A stretch of DNA of 64,000 bases from Acidimicrobiales bacterium (GCA_052140165.1 JBKQUM010000138.1:1702-65701); one strand, 5' to 3'; shown: positions 47,136 to 57,090, counted from the first letter of the stretch. Numbers and translations: made by a program. Notes: generated by a model not told the origin, from the letters alone.

Positions 47136-48167
47136 TCAGCCTGGCGAGGGGATGAGCAGGACGTCCCGCAACTCGTCCGTGTCCCCCCACTCGTTCAGCA
47201 GGGCGGCAACGGACGGGTAGGGCTTCTCTGCACCGCTGGCCTTCTCCAGGACCACCGGGGTGTACCCCACGCTCTCGAAGTAGCCGAGGTAGTCCGCCAC
47301 CGTGGTCCCCGACACGCGCCGGAGCATCTCGTCCTTGAGCTCCGTCGTGACGATCGGGCGGTCCTTCTCGATCACCCGCGTCGCCCCCTTCACCACCCGA
47401 CCCTCGGCACCTTCGACGTCCATCTTCAAGAACCCCACGGGGCCTTCCACGAGGTCGTCGAGTCGGAAGGTCGGGACCACCGTGCCCGGGTGCTTCAGAA
47501 GGTCGCTGGCCTCGATCAGGCCGCCGTTCGAACCGACGTGCGTCGAGTAGTACGCCCACCCGGCCCCGGTGTCCGCCGCCACCGGGACCAGCCGGACGTT
47601 GGTGACGCCGCCCATCCGCAGCGACGACAGGAGGAGCCGGCAATTCTCCGAGTTCGGCTCGAGGGCGACGACCCTGCCCGAGGGGCCGACCAGCCGGGAG
47701 GCGAGCAGCGAGTAGTAGCCCAAGTTGGCTCCCACGTCGACGACCGTCATGCCGGGCGTGCAGTACCGCTCGAAGACGGCGGTGAGGTGCGGCTCGTACG
47801 CACCCGAGCGCAGACCCGGGGTCACCGCGGCGTCGGCGGCGTCGGCGAAGAGCTCCACGTCACCGACCCTGCACCGGAGGGCGTCCTCCTCGCCGAGCTG
47901 CACGGAGAACGCGGTCGGCGCCACCTGGTGCTCAATGGACCCGAGCATCCGGCGGATCGTCGACACCTCGCCGAGATCACCGGCCGCGGCCTCGTCGACG
48001 TCGCGGCGCAGCTCTTCGGGCAGGGTCGGGTAGAGCAGGTGCACGAGCTGCGGGTAGGTGATGCCACGCTCGGGCAACGTGCCACCCAGTCCGTGTACGA
48101 GGCGGTCGCGCAGTGGCTTGAGCGACTCCTTGACCTTGTGCTGCCAGTCGTCGTCCCGGTGGTCCAT
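47136..48167 (-). CDS. FkbM-family SAM-dependent methyltransferase
   Basis: SAM motif VVDVGANLGYYS, and later FLKMDVEGAE, which is typical of FkbM. There is an N-terminal extension of about 130 aa. Confidence 0.8.
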   Translation of the reverse strand: MDHRDDDWQHKVKESLKPLRDRLVHGLGGTLPERGITYPQLVHLLYPTLPEELRRDVDEAAAGDLGEVSTIRRMLGSIEHQVAPTAFSVQLGEEDALRCRVGDVELFADAADAAVTPGLRSGAYEPHLTAVFERYCTPGMTVVDVGANLGYYSLLASRLVGPSGRVVALEPNSENCRLLLSSLRMGGVTNVRLVPVAADTGAGWAYYSTHVGSNGGLIEASDLLKHPGTVVPTFRLDDLVEGPVGFLKMDVEGAEGRVVKGATRVIEKDRPIVTTELKDEMLRRVSGTTVADYLGYFESVGYTPVVLEKASGAEKPYPSVAALLNEWGDTDELRDVLLIPSPG

Positions 48168-48228
48168 GCTCGGTCCACGGTACCCGCGATCGCGTCCTCG
48201 GCCCGGCGGGATGCTCCCCGGAATTCTG

Positions 48229-48301
48229 CGCCCCCGGCAGGACTTGAACCTGCGACCATTGGATTAGAAGTCCACTGCTCTGTCCGCTGAGCTACGGGGG
48301 C
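48229..48301 (-). tRNA. tRNA-Arg (anticodon UCU)
   Basis: Hand-folded from the reverse complement. Acceptor GCCCCCG/CGGGGGC, anticodon loop CTTCTAA, T-arm GCAGG-TTCAAGT-CCTGC, 73 nt. One G-A mismatch at the base of the anticodon stem. Confidence 0.85.
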
Positions 48302-48439
48302 ATGCGCCCGGCGCACGCCGGCGCATCACAGCCTGACATAGCGCGGTTGGCCAGCGTGGACACGCGGGGTTCGCCTCGCCGGACGCCGCGTACGGCCGTG
48401 CCGCCCGCCACGGGCCCGTGTGCCACACTTGTGCCCCTC

Positions 48440-48514
48440 GGTGGGCGTAGCTCAGTTGGTTAGAGCGCCAGGTTGTGGTCCTGGAGGTCGGGGGTTCGAG
48501 ACCCCTCGCTCACC
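48440..48514 (+). tRNA. tRNA-His (anticodon GUG) with encoded G-1
   Basis: Acceptor GTGGGCG/CGCTCAC preceded by an extra G. Anticodon arm CCAGG-TTGTGGT-CCTGG, T-arm GGGGG-TTCGAGA-CCCCT. Confidence 0.9.
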
Positions 48515-48592
48515 CCGAAACGTGCCGGTGGCCCCATCGGGGTCACGCGGCACGGCACGCGGCGCGCAGACTCGCTCGGGGGAGGTTCGAGA

Positions 48593-49378
48593 GTGGATCC
48601 TGGGACAAGGGGCCGGACGGTCCTCGTCACGGGCGCGTCGTCGGGCATCGGCGCCGCCGTCGCCCGCGAGCTGGCGACCCGGGGTGACACCGTGGCACTG
48701 GTGGCCCGGCGCGCCGAGCGCCTCGACGAGGTCCTGGCCGACTGCCGGGTCACGTCCGCCGACTCCGAGCGCTGGGCGGCCGACCTGTCGGACCCCACGT
48801 CGGCGGCTGATCTCGCGCTCGAGATCTGGGACCACTTCGGCGGGCTCGATGTGGTCATCAACAACGCCGCGGTCCCGATGCGACGCCACGTCACGCAGCT
48901 CACCGTGGCCGAGGTCGAGCGGACGATGCGCATCAACTACCTCTCCCCCGTGGCCATCTCCCTCGCCGTCCTGCCCCGGATGCTGGTGCGGGGCTCGGGG
49001 ACCATCGTGAACGTCTCGAGCCTCGGTGGCCGGCTGGGCATCGCGACCGAGGCGGCGTACTCCGGATCGAAGTTCGCCCTGGCCGGGTGGAGCGAGTCGA
49101 TGGCCATCGACCTCGATCGCACCGGCGTCACCGTGAAGCTCGTGCTCCCCGGCGCCATCGACACCGAGATCTGGGACCAGCCCGGCAACGACGCCCCTCT
49201 CTACGACGGGCCCAAGGAGCCACCCGAATCCATCGCCGGCGCGATCGTGGACGCCATCGACAGTGACCGCTTCGAGCACTACCTGCCCGACATGAAGGCG
49301 GTCATCGAGTTCAAGACGGCCGACATCGACGCCTTCATGCTCGGCATGCGCGGCCTCGCCGAGGGAGCCGGCTCGTGA
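48593..49378 (+). CDS. SDR-family oxidoreductase
   Basis: TGASSGIG cofactor motif, NNAA, and YSGSK catalytic motif. GTG start has GGGGGAGG upstream. The ORF-track start would overlap tRNA-His. Confidence 0.88.
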   Translation: MDPGTRGRTVLVTGASSGIGAAVARELATRGDTVALVARRAERLDEVLADCRVTSADSERWAADLSDPTSAADLALEIWDHFGGLDVVINNAAVPMRRHVTQLTVAEVERTMRINYLSPVAISLAVLPRMLVRGSGTIVNVSSLGGRLGIATEAAYSGSKFALAGWSESMAIDLDRTGVTVKLVLPGAIDTEIWDQPGNDAPLYDGPKEPPESIAGAIVDAIDSDRFEHYLPDMKAVIEFKTADIDAFMLGMRGLAEGAGS

Positions 49379-50613
49379 AGGCGCTGCTCTTCGGCGCTCC
49401 CCCGGCCAAGGACGAGGTACGGCCCACGCCCGTGGACGAGCTGGAGACGATGCTCGCCGGAATCCCCTTCGGCCTGCACGAGGTCGACGACGCCCGCCTG
49501 GTGCGTCCGGACTGGGTGGTCACCCGGCCGATCCTCTCGGGCATCTGCGGATCCGACGCCAAGCTCGTCCTGGGCGACTTCAACACCGGCGACATCGACA
49601 ACCCCATGGCCGCCTTCTCGTCGCTCCCCCACGTGCCGGGCCACGAGGTGGTCGCCGAGGTGGTGGCGCTCGGCCCGAAGGCGCGGGGCCTCGACGTCGG
49701 GCAGCGCGTGGTGCTCAATCCCTGGCTGACCTGCGGTCCGCGCGGCATCGACCCGCCCTGCCCGGCGTGCCAGGCCGGCGACCTGAACCTGTGCTGGAGC
49801 TTCACCGAGGGGGACCTCGGCCCCGGCGTCCACGTCGGGGTCATCACGGCGGCGCCCGGCGCGTGGGCCGAACAGCTCTCCGCACACGACTCCATGCTGA
49901 TCCCGGTCCCCGACGGCATCTCCGACGAGGCGGCGGTCCTCGCCGACCCCTTCTCGGTGTCCTTCCACGCCATCGTCCGCCACCCGCCACCCCCCTCGGG
50001 CCGCGTGCTGGTGTACGGGGCCGGCGCGCTGGGGCTGACCAGCGTGGCCATCCTGCGGTCCCTCTACCCCGGGGTGGAGGTGGGGGTGGTGGCGCGCTTC
50101 GAGGCCCAGCGTGAGATGGCCCTGCGGTTCGGCGCGTCCGCTGTCTTCGCCCACGAGCCCCGGCTGGCGCTGGTCGAGGCCCTGGCGGAATGGTCGGGCG
50201 CCGTCCTCCACGCCCCGCTCGACGGCCTCCCCGTCACCCATCCCGGCCACATCGACGTCGTCTACGACTCCATCGCCAAGGCGGAGACCCTCGAGGTGGG
50301 GGTGCGCGTGCTGGCCGAGCGCGGGCGCCTCGTCTACACCGGGGTCGCCACGCCCGAGCGCTGGGAGTCGACCCCCATCTACTTCAAGGAGATCACCATC
50401 GCGGGGTCGAACGCGTTCGGGATCGAGGACTTCGAGGGCACCCGCCAGCACGCCATCGCGCACTACCTCCAACTGGTCGACGAGGGTCGGCTCGACATCA
50501 CGCCCATGCTCACCCACCGCTTCGACCTCGACGAGTGGTGGCCCGCACTGAAGGCGCTGGCCCGGCAGGACCGCAGCGGCGCGCTCAAGGTGGCCTTCAC
50601 CCCGAACGGGTAG
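49375..50613 (+). CDS. zinc-binding medium-chain dehydrogenase/reductase
   Basis: GHEVVAEV zinc-ligand motif, a structural Cys cluster (CGP..CPACQAGDLNLC), and GAGALG Rossmann motif. GTGA overlap with the SDR gene. Confidence 0.83.
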   Translation: MKALLFGAPPAKDEVRPTPVDELETMLAGIPFGLHEVDDARLVRPDWVVTRPILSGICGSDAKLVLGDFNTGDIDNPMAAFSSLPHVPGHEVVAEVVALGPKARGLDVGQRVVLNPWLTCGPRGIDPPCPACQAGDLNLCWSFTEGDLGPGVHVGVITAAPGAWAEQLSAHDSMLIPVPDGISDEAAVLADPFSVSFHAIVRHPPPPSGRVLVYGAGALGLTSVAILRSLYPGVEVGVVARFEAQREMALRFGASAVFAHEPRLALVEALAEWSGAVLHAPLDGLPVTHPGHIDVVYDSIAKAETLEVGVRVLAERGRLVYTGVATPERWESTPIYFKEITIAGSNAFGIEDFEGTRQHAIAHYLQLVDEGRLDITPMLTHRFDLDEWWPALKALARQDRSGALKVAFTPNG

Positions 50614-50622
50614 CGGCCGCGG

Positions 50623-52023
50623 CTACGCGCCGGTGCCGAGCTCGATGAACCGGAGGTACCGCTCCTCCGCGGCGCGCACCCAGGCCGGGTCGGGCTCGAT
50701 CCGCCGTCCCACCCGCGACCAGCGATCCGAGTCGTGCAGCGACGTCTCGAGCCCCGCAGCCATGCGGGCGAAGTAGGCGGCACCCAGGGCGGCCCCCTCC
50801 GGGACGGCGACGGCGTCGACGGGGAGGTTGGTGGCGTCAGCCACGGCGGCCATCCACGCCGTGACCCGGCTCCCTCCGCCACTGGCGACGATCCGGGTGG
50901 CCTTGACACCCGAGCGGTCGAGCATGCGGCGGATCACGAAGCCGCTGGCCTCGTACGCGGCGCGCTCGAGCGCCTCGGCCCCCGAACCGATGTCGAGCCC
51001 GTAGAGGTTCGAGCGCAACGTGTGGTCCTCGAAGGGAGTGCGCTCGCCCCGGACGTAGGGCAGCCACACCGGCACCCGGCCGGGCACCCCGAGCCGGGGA
51101 CTCATCCGCTCGCGCTCGGGACCGGGCCGGGGCGCGTCGCGCAACAGCCGGCGGGCCCAGTCGACGAAGAGCGCCCCCGCGTTGCTCGGCCCCCCGATGA
51201 GGAAGCGCTCGGGCGTGGTGTGCGGGTAGCTGATGAGCCCGGGCGCCACCACCCACTCCTCGCACACGGCCCACACGATGAGCGTGGCGCCGAAGATCAC
51301 GAGGACGTCGCCGGGCTCGGTCGCCCCGGCCACGATCTGGTCGCACAGCGCGTCGATGGTGCCGCCGGTGATCACCGCGTCGCTCCCCGGCACGGTGCCC
51401 GCCGCCTGGCCCATCGGCACGACCATGGGCATCTGCGACTCGGCGACACCCATGGAGCCGAGGAGGTCGGCGTTCCAGCGTCCGTGGGAGTGGAGCGCGC
51501 CCAGCGCCGCCGTGACGCCGGTGTCGATCGCCGGCAGTCCGGACAGCGCGTAGGTCGCCACGGCCTGGCAGGGCCAGTAGCCACGGGCGTCGGGGGCGCT
51601 GGCGGACGCCCAGCGCAGGAACCCCTCGGCGTCGGGCATGGTCCCGGGCAACAGCACGCCGTCGGCATCGGCGGCCGCCCGCGGGCGCCCCTCCCGGTCG
51701 CCGTAGAGCAGGCCCGGGAGCACCGGCACCCCCCGCCGGCTGACGGCGGTGAGCGAGGGCACCATGGAGGCGACGGCCACGCCCACCAGGCGGTGGCCGC
51801 GCTCGCCCGAGAGCTGCTCGGTCACCGCCCCGAACGCCTTGCGGGGGCCGGCCCGCCAGGCCCGCTTGGCGTCGTGGCGCAAGATGTCCGGCTCAGGTGC
51901 CACCACGCTGTGGGGAACCCTGCTGCGGGCGATGACCGTCCCGTCCTCGTCCACCGCCAGGGCCTTGACCGACGTCGTCCCGACGTCGACACCGACGGTG
52001 ATGGCTCGCGCGGACGGACTCAC
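50623..52023 (-). CDS. FGGY-family carbohydrate kinase
   Basis: N-terminal GVDVGTTSVKA, and a C-terminal GGGSR motif region. Confidence 0.83.
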   Translation of the reverse strand: MSPSARAITVGVDVGTTSVKALAVDEDGTVIARSRVPHSVVAPEPDILRHDAKRAWRAGPRKAFGAVTEQLSGERGHRLVGVAVASMVPSLTAVSRRGVPVLPGLLYGDREGRPRAAADADGVLLPGTMPDAEGFLRWASASAPDARGYWPCQAVATYALSGLPAIDTGVTAALGALHSHGRWNADLLGSMGVAESQMPMVVPMGQAAGTVPGSDAVITGGTIDALCDQIVAGATEPGDVLVIFGATLIVWAVCEEWVVAPGLISYPHTTPERFLIGGPSNAGALFVDWARRLLRDAPRPGPERERMSPRLGVPGRVPVWLPYVRGERTPFEDHTLRSNLYGLDIGSGAEALERAAYEASGFVIRRMLDRSGVKATRIVASGGGSRVTAWMAAVADATNLPVDAVAVPEGAALGAAYFARMAAGLETSLHDSDRWSRVGRRIEPDPAWVRAAEERYLRFIELGTGA

Positions 52024-52028
52024 GAAGC

Positions 52029-52042
52029 TGACACACGTGTCA
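52029..52042. promoter_or_regulatory. inverted repeat TGACAC-ac-GTGTCA in a divergent promoter region
   Basis: A perfect 6-2-6 palindrome 6 nt upstream of the FGGY kinase start, in the 70-bp gap to the divergent dehydrogenase gene. Confidence 0.3.
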
Positions 52043-52093
52043 TGATCACGTCATTATGGACGACGCACGCTGTGGAAGGAGAGGTTCGCACGA

Positions 52094-53077
52094 ATGACAC
52101 GCTCCCGGCCGAAGGCCTTGGTGACGGCGGCCGTGAGCGGCCCCGGTCTCGACCTGCTGCACCAGCTGGCGGATCTGGTGCTCGATTCGTGGCTCGACCA
52201 GCCCACTCTGCGGATCTACAACGCCTCCCAGCTGGCGGAACGGACCGCCGCCGAGGGGGCCTCCATCGTCATCGTGGAGAGCGACGCCTGCGGGGCCGAG
52301 CTCTACGAGCAACCGATCATCGCCGTGTGCAGCTGCCGGGGTGACCCCACCAACGTCGACGTCCCGGCCGCCACCGCCGCCGGTGTGCCCGTCCTGCGGG
52401 CTCCCGGCCGCAACGCCGACGCCGTGGCCGAGCTGGCCGTGGCCCTGCTCTTCGCCGCCACCCGCGGCGTCGTGCCGGCGGACCGCGACGTGCGGGAGGG
52501 ACAGATCTACCGCGACGGGAAGATCCCGTACCAGCGCTACCGGGCCTGGGAGCTGGCGGGCAAGACCGTCGGCCTGGTGGGCCTCGGAGCCGTCGGGCGC
52601 GCGCTGAGGTGGCGCCTGCGCGGCCTCGGCATGGACGTGATCGCCTACGACCCCTACGCGCCCGACGCCACGTGCTCGCTCGACGACCTGCTGGCGCGCG
52701 CCGACGTCATCTCCATTCACGCGCCGGTGACCGAGGAGACGACGGGCCTGATCGGCGCGGACGCCTTCGCCAAGATGCGCGACGGCGTCGTCTACCTGAA
52801 CACCGCCCGGGCCAAGATCCACGACACCGATGCGCTGGTGGCCGCGCTGGCGTCGGGCAAGGTCGCCGCGGCGGGCCTGGACCACTTCGAGGGGGAGCAC
52901 CTGGCGGTCGACCACCCTTTGACGACGTTCCCCCAGGTCGTGCTCACCCCGCACATCGGCGGCGCCACCTACAACACCGAGTCCAACCACACGCGCACCA
53001 TCGCCGAGGACCTGTGCCGGATCATGGCGGGGGCACGGCCCCTGCACATCGTGAACCCCGAGGTCCTGTCGGACTGA
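52094..53077 (+). CDS. D-isomer-specific 2-hydroxyacid dehydrogenase (NAD-binding)
   Basis: GKTVGLVGLGAVGR Rossmann motif, and the catalytic region LNTARA..D.DAL...L..G.....GLD...E. Confidence 0.88.
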   Translation: MTRSRPKALVTAAVSGPGLDLLHQLADLVLDSWLDQPTLRIYNASQLAERTAAEGASIVIVESDACGAELYEQPIIAVCSCRGDPTNVDVPAATAAGVPVLRAPGRNADAVAELAVALLFAATRGVVPADRDVREGQIYRDGKIPYQRYRAWELAGKTVGLVGLGAVGRALRWRLRGLGMDVIAYDPYAPDATCSLDDLLARADVISIHAPVTEETTGLIGADAFAKMRDGVVYLNTARAKIHDTDALVAALASGKVAAAGLDHFEGEHLAVDHPLTTFPQVVLTPHIGGATYNTESNHTRTIAEDLCRIMAGARPLHIVNPEVLSD

Positions 53078-53078
53078 C

Positions 53079-53807
53079 GTGGCGGCCCGCCAACCGACCA
53101 TCATCGCCACGTCCATCGGGTTCCAACCCGAGGGACCCGACCCGGCGAACGTGCGACCGGGCCCGTCCTACCGGCTGGCCGCCGACCTGGCGCGGGCGGG
53201 TGACCACCCGCGCCTGTGCATCATCGCCACCGCGGTCGGTGACGACTCGACCCGGCTGGCGGCGGCCCACAACGCGTTCTCCAAGCTCGGCTTCATCAGC
53301 TCGCACCTCACCCTCTTCCCGATGCCCAACGTGCCCGACGTGCGCGCCCACCTCCTGGCGCAGGACGTGATCTGGGTCGGCGGCGGGAGCACCGCCAACC
53401 TGCTGGCGCTCTGGCGCCTGCACGGGCTGGACGTGACATTGCGCGAGTGCTGGGAGGCCGGGGTGGTGCTCAAGGGCGTCTCCGCCGGCTCGCTGTGCTG
53501 GCACGTGGGAGGGACGACGGACTCGTTCGGGCCCACCCTGGTGCCGGTCACCGACGGGCTGGCCTTCCTCCCCTACTCCAACAGCCCGCATCACGACGCA
53601 GAGGAGCAGCGCCGTCCTCTGATCCACCGGCTCATCGCGGAGGGCACATTGCCCGACGGCTACGCCACGGAGAACGGCACGGGGCTGGTGTTCTACGGCA
53701 CCGAGCTCCAGGACGCCTTCACGGAGGTGGACGGCAAGGTGGCCTACTCGCTCACGCGCGAGGGCGGCGCGACCCGCGAGGTGGCGCTGGACACCCGCCT
53801 GCTCTGA
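53079..53807 (+). CDS. S51 peptidase (peptidase E / cyanophycinase-like) family protein
   Basis: VIWVGGGSTANLL and GVSAGSLCW, a nucleophile Ser context typical of family S51. Confidence 0.78.
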   Translation: MAARQPTIIATSIGFQPEGPDPANVRPGPSYRLAADLARAGDHPRLCIIATAVGDDSTRLAAAHNAFSKLGFISSHLTLFPMPNVPDVRAHLLAQDVIWVGGGSTANLLALWRLHGLDVTLRECWEAGVVLKGVSAGSLCWHVGGTTDSFGPTLVPVTDGLAFLPYSNSPHHDAEEQRRPLIHRLIAEGTLPDGYATENGTGLVFYGTELQDAFTEVDGKVAYSLTREGGATREVALDTRLL

Positions 53808-53808
53808 G

Positions 53809-55551
53809 TCACGCGGGGGCCCCGACCCAGTCGGACCCCGCGTGCACCGTGTCGGTGTCGCGGCCCGAGCGCAACACCCGCCCGGGGACGGCTCCGGTGA
53901 AGTCGCCGTCGCGGACGATCTCGGTCCCGTTGACCAGCACGTGCCCGATGCCGACCGCCTCCGCGTACAGACGGCTGGCGCCGCCCGGCAGATCGTCGCG
54001 GGTGCGCACGGGTCCGTGGCCGATGGTGGTCGGGTCGAACACGACCACGTCGGCGAACGTCCCCGTCGCCAAGCGACCGCGGTCGCGCAGCCCGTAGAGG
54101 CGGGCCGGGACGTCGGTCAGGAGCCGCACCGCCTGCTCCCAGTCGAGCAGGCCGCGGGCCCGCACCCCGTCGCCCAGCATGGAGGTCGAGTAGACGGCGC
54201 CACACATGGTGTCGAGGTGGGCACCGGCATCGGAGCCGCCGACGATGGCCCGTGGGTCCTGCCAGGTCTGCGCCCTCAGCACCCAGTCCGCCTCGGATTC
54301 CCCGATGGGCGGGCGGAGCCCGGTGCGCAGCCCGTCGGCCACCACGATGTCGAGGAGCGCGTCGAACGGTGCCACCCCGCGCTCTCGTGCCACCTCGCCC
54401 ACGGTGCGGCCCTCGAGGTCGGCGTTCTCCGGGGCGAAGGTCTCCTCGATGATGAGGCGGTCCCAGACCGCGAGGTGCCGGAGGATCCCCGCCTCGTCCG
54501 ACTGCGCGCCGGCATCGAGCCGCCGGCGCGTCTCGGGGTCGGAGAGCGCGACGATGCGCTCGGGCACGCCGAGCGCGAAGACCTCGCGCCACCCGGGCAG
54601 CCCGTCGAGGATGGCGCCGTGCTCGAAGCTGAGCCGCAGCTGCATGGTGTGCGGCAGCGTCAGCGCCACGACGGTGGCCCCGCGGGCAGCGGCGGCGCTC
54701 CCGGCGGCCAGCTGGCTCAGGGCGCCGTCGGGGTTCATGGCCGAGACGCCGAGCACGTTCCAGTTGACGGGGCGGTCCGCCAGCAGCGACATGGTCGAGA
54801 GGAAGTCGATCTCCTCTTCGGTGAACCCGTTGAGACAACCCGGCACGATCAGCTCGACCGTGGTGCCTTCGTGCCGACGCACGGCGGCGGCGAGTCGCTC
54901 CAGCTCCTCGCGAGCGGCCGCGCGCGACGGGACCGGTTGGCCGTCGCCGTCGTTGTGGGTGTGCACCTGGGACGTCGAGAACCCGAGCGCACCTTCGGCC
55001 AGGGCCGCGTCCAACGCGGCCTCCATTGCGTCGGTGTCCGCCGCCGACGCGACGCCGCCGACGGCGCGCTCACCCATCACGAGGCGGCGGAGCGTCGAGT
55101 GGCCCACCAGGAACCCTGCGTTGACGGCGATGTGGCCGTCGAGGCGGCCGAGCCAGTCGCCGAAGGAGGTCCAGTCCCAGGGCAGTCCCGCTCGGAGGGC
55201 GGCGAGCGGCATGCCTTCGACCCGCGCCATCATGCGCGAGATGTAGTCGACGTGCTCCGGCGCCATGGGCGCCAGCGAGAAGCCGCAATTGCCACCGAGC
55301 ACCGTGGTCACGCCGTGGAGCGGCGAGGGGCTGGCGTTGGGGTCCCAGAACAGCTGGGCGTCGTAGTGGGTGTGCAGGTCGATGAAGCCGGGGGTGACGA
55401 GCATGCCGGCGGCATCGATCACCGTGTCGGCGCCGACACCGGCGTCAGGCCCGATGGCGCGCACCCGTTCGCCCTCGACGACCACGTCGGCCCGAACGGG
55501 CGGCGCACCGGTCCCGTCGACCACGGTCCCGCCCCGGATGGCCACAGTCAT
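53809..55551 (-). CDS. N-acyl-D-amino-acid deacylase family amidohydrolase (paralog 2, divergent)
   Basis: IRGGTVVDGTG..PGFIDLHTHYD..HGVTTVLGGNCG. Confidence 0.85.
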   Translation of the reverse strand: MTVAIRGGTVVDGTGAPPVRADVVVEGERVRAIGPDAGVGADTVIDAAGMLVTPGFIDLHTHYDAQLFWDPNASPSPLHGVTTVLGGNCGFSLAPMAPEHVDYISRMMARVEGMPLAALRAGLPWDWTSFGDWLGRLDGHIAVNAGFLVGHSTLRRLVMGERAVGGVASAADTDAMEAALDAALAEGALGFSTSQVHTHNDGDGQPVPSRAAAREELERLAAAVRRHEGTTVELIVPGCLNGFTEEEIDFLSTMSLLADRPVNWNVLGVSAMNPDGALSQLAAGSAAAARGATVVALTLPHTMQLRLSFEHGAILDGLPGWREVFALGVPERIVALSDPETRRRLDAGAQSDEAGILRHLAVWDRLIIEETFAPENADLEGRTVGEVARERGVAPFDALLDIVVADGLRTGLRPPIGESEADWVLRAQTWQDPRAIVGGSDAGAHLDTMCGAVYSTSMLGDGVRARGLLDWEQAVRLLTDVPARLYGLRDRGRLATGTFADVVVFDPTTIGHGPVRTRDDLPGGASRLYAEAVGIGHVLVNGTEIVRDGDFTGAVPGRVLRSGRDTDTVHAGSDWVGAPA

Positions 55552-57047
55552 GGCTGCCCCCCTTGTTCCGCCGGGGCCGGCCGGCGCACCCGCACCCGCT
55601 GGCGGGCGAAGGCCTGCATGCCCTCGGTGCCGAGCTCCACGCCGAGGCCCGACTGCTTCCAGCCGCCCATCGGCGCGTACATGTCGATGGCCGAGAGGCC
55701 ATGCGCGTTGATGAACACCGTGCCGGCCGAAAGACGCGACGCCACGTCGGCGGCCAGCGCGTCGTCATTGCTCCAGACCGACGCGCACAGTCCGAAGGTC
55801 GTGTCGTTGGCCGCGTCGACCGCCTCGTCGAGGTCGTCGTAGGGGATGATGGGCAGCGCGGGGGCGAATTGCTCCTGGCGCACGATCCCGCCGTCCGGGG
55901 GCGGCGCCACCACGAGCGCCGGGGACACGAAGTACCCACCCGACCTCTCGTCCTCCGCCCGCACCCCGCCCGGCCGCAGGACCGTGGCCCCCGCCGCCGC
56001 CGCGTCGGCGACCAGCGCCTCGACCCGGTCGCGCGCGCCCGCCGTGTGCACCGGGCCCATCGTCACCCCGTCCGCCAGGCCGTCGCCGACCACCTCGGCC
56101 GCGAGCCGGGCCGCCAGCGCGTCCACCGTCTCGTCCAACCGGCTGCGGTGGACGTAGAGGCGCTTGATCGCCATGCAGACCTGTCCGCTGGTGACGAAGG
56201 CCGCCTCGACGATGCGATCCGCCAGGGCCGCGTCACCGGCCACGTCCGGGGCGAGGATGGCGGCGTCGTTGCCCCCGAGCTCGAGCACGACCGGACGCGT
56301 CGTGGCGGCCGCGGTCGCCATGACCGCCTGGCCCGTGCCGACGCCACCGGTGAAGGAGACCATGTCGACGTCCGGATGGCCGACCAACGCGGCACCGAGG
56401 CCGGCGGCCGGGCCGTTGACGACGTTGAGCACGCCCGCCGGCAGCACGGCGGCCATGGCGGCCGCGACCAGCAACACCGTTCCCGGGCACGTCGGCGGCG
56501 CCTTGACCACGACGGTGTCCCCGGCCAGCAGCGCGGGCAGGACCTTGTTGGCCATGACGGAGACGGGCCAGTTGAACGGCAGGATCGCGGCAACGACCCC
56601 GTGCGGCACCCACTCGACACGCGTGCCCCCACCGCCGAGGTCACGCGGGGCGAGGGCCTCGGCCACCAGCGGCGCGAAGGCCGATGCCATGCCGGCCACG
56701 GTGGCGGTGTCGAAAATCGCCTCCAGGTGCGTCTTGCCGTGCTCGCGGGTCAACAGCCGGGCCAGGTCCCGCGTCTCGACCGCGGCCACCCCCGCCTCGG
56801 CGGCGGCAACGACCTGCGCCGCCCGCTCCTCCATGGCCAGTGCGGCCCAGGCCCGCTGCGACCGCCGGGCGGCGGCCACGGCCAGGTCGAGCTGGGCCGG
56901 AGAGGTGGACGGCGCGTCCAGGACGACCTCGGCCGGACGGGCCGGGTTCGTCACCGGGTAGGTGCCCTCCCCGCCGGCGACCACGTCGCCGCCGACCAAC
57001 AGGCCGACGCGGGTGATTGCGTCCTCGATGTGTGTGGTCATACCCAC
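55548..57047 (-). CDS. NAD(P)-dependent aldehyde dehydrogenase
   Basis: ALDH motifs FTGGVGTG, ELGGNDA, and the catalytic Cys context (SGQVCMA). ATGA overlap with the downstream gene. Confidence 0.9.
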   Translation of the reverse strand: MGMTTHIEDAITRVGLLVGGDVVAGGEGTYPVTNPARPAEVVLDAPSTSPAQLDLAVAAARRSQRAWAALAMEERAAQVVAAAEAGVAAVETRDLARLLTREHGKTHLEAIFDTATVAGMASAFAPLVAEALAPRDLGGGGTRVEWVPHGVVAAILPFNWPVSVMANKVLPALLAGDTVVVKAPPTCPGTVLLVAAAMAAVLPAGVLNVVNGPAAGLGAALVGHPDVDMVSFTGGVGTGQAVMATAAATTRPVVLELGGNDAAILAPDVAGDAALADRIVEAAFVTSGQVCMAIKRLYVHRSRLDETVDALAARLAAEVVGDGLADGVTMGPVHTAGARDRVEALVADAAAAGATVLRPGGVRAEDERSGGYFVSPALVVAPPPDGGIVRQEQFAPALPIIPYDDLDEAVDAANDTTFGLCASVWSNDDALAADVASRLSAGTVFINAHGLSAIDMYAPMGGWKQSGLGVELGTEGMQAFARQRVRVRRPAPAEQGGQP

Positions 57048-57090
57048 CCCCCGGGCCCGGCGACGTTGCTGACGATAGTGTCACCTTCTC

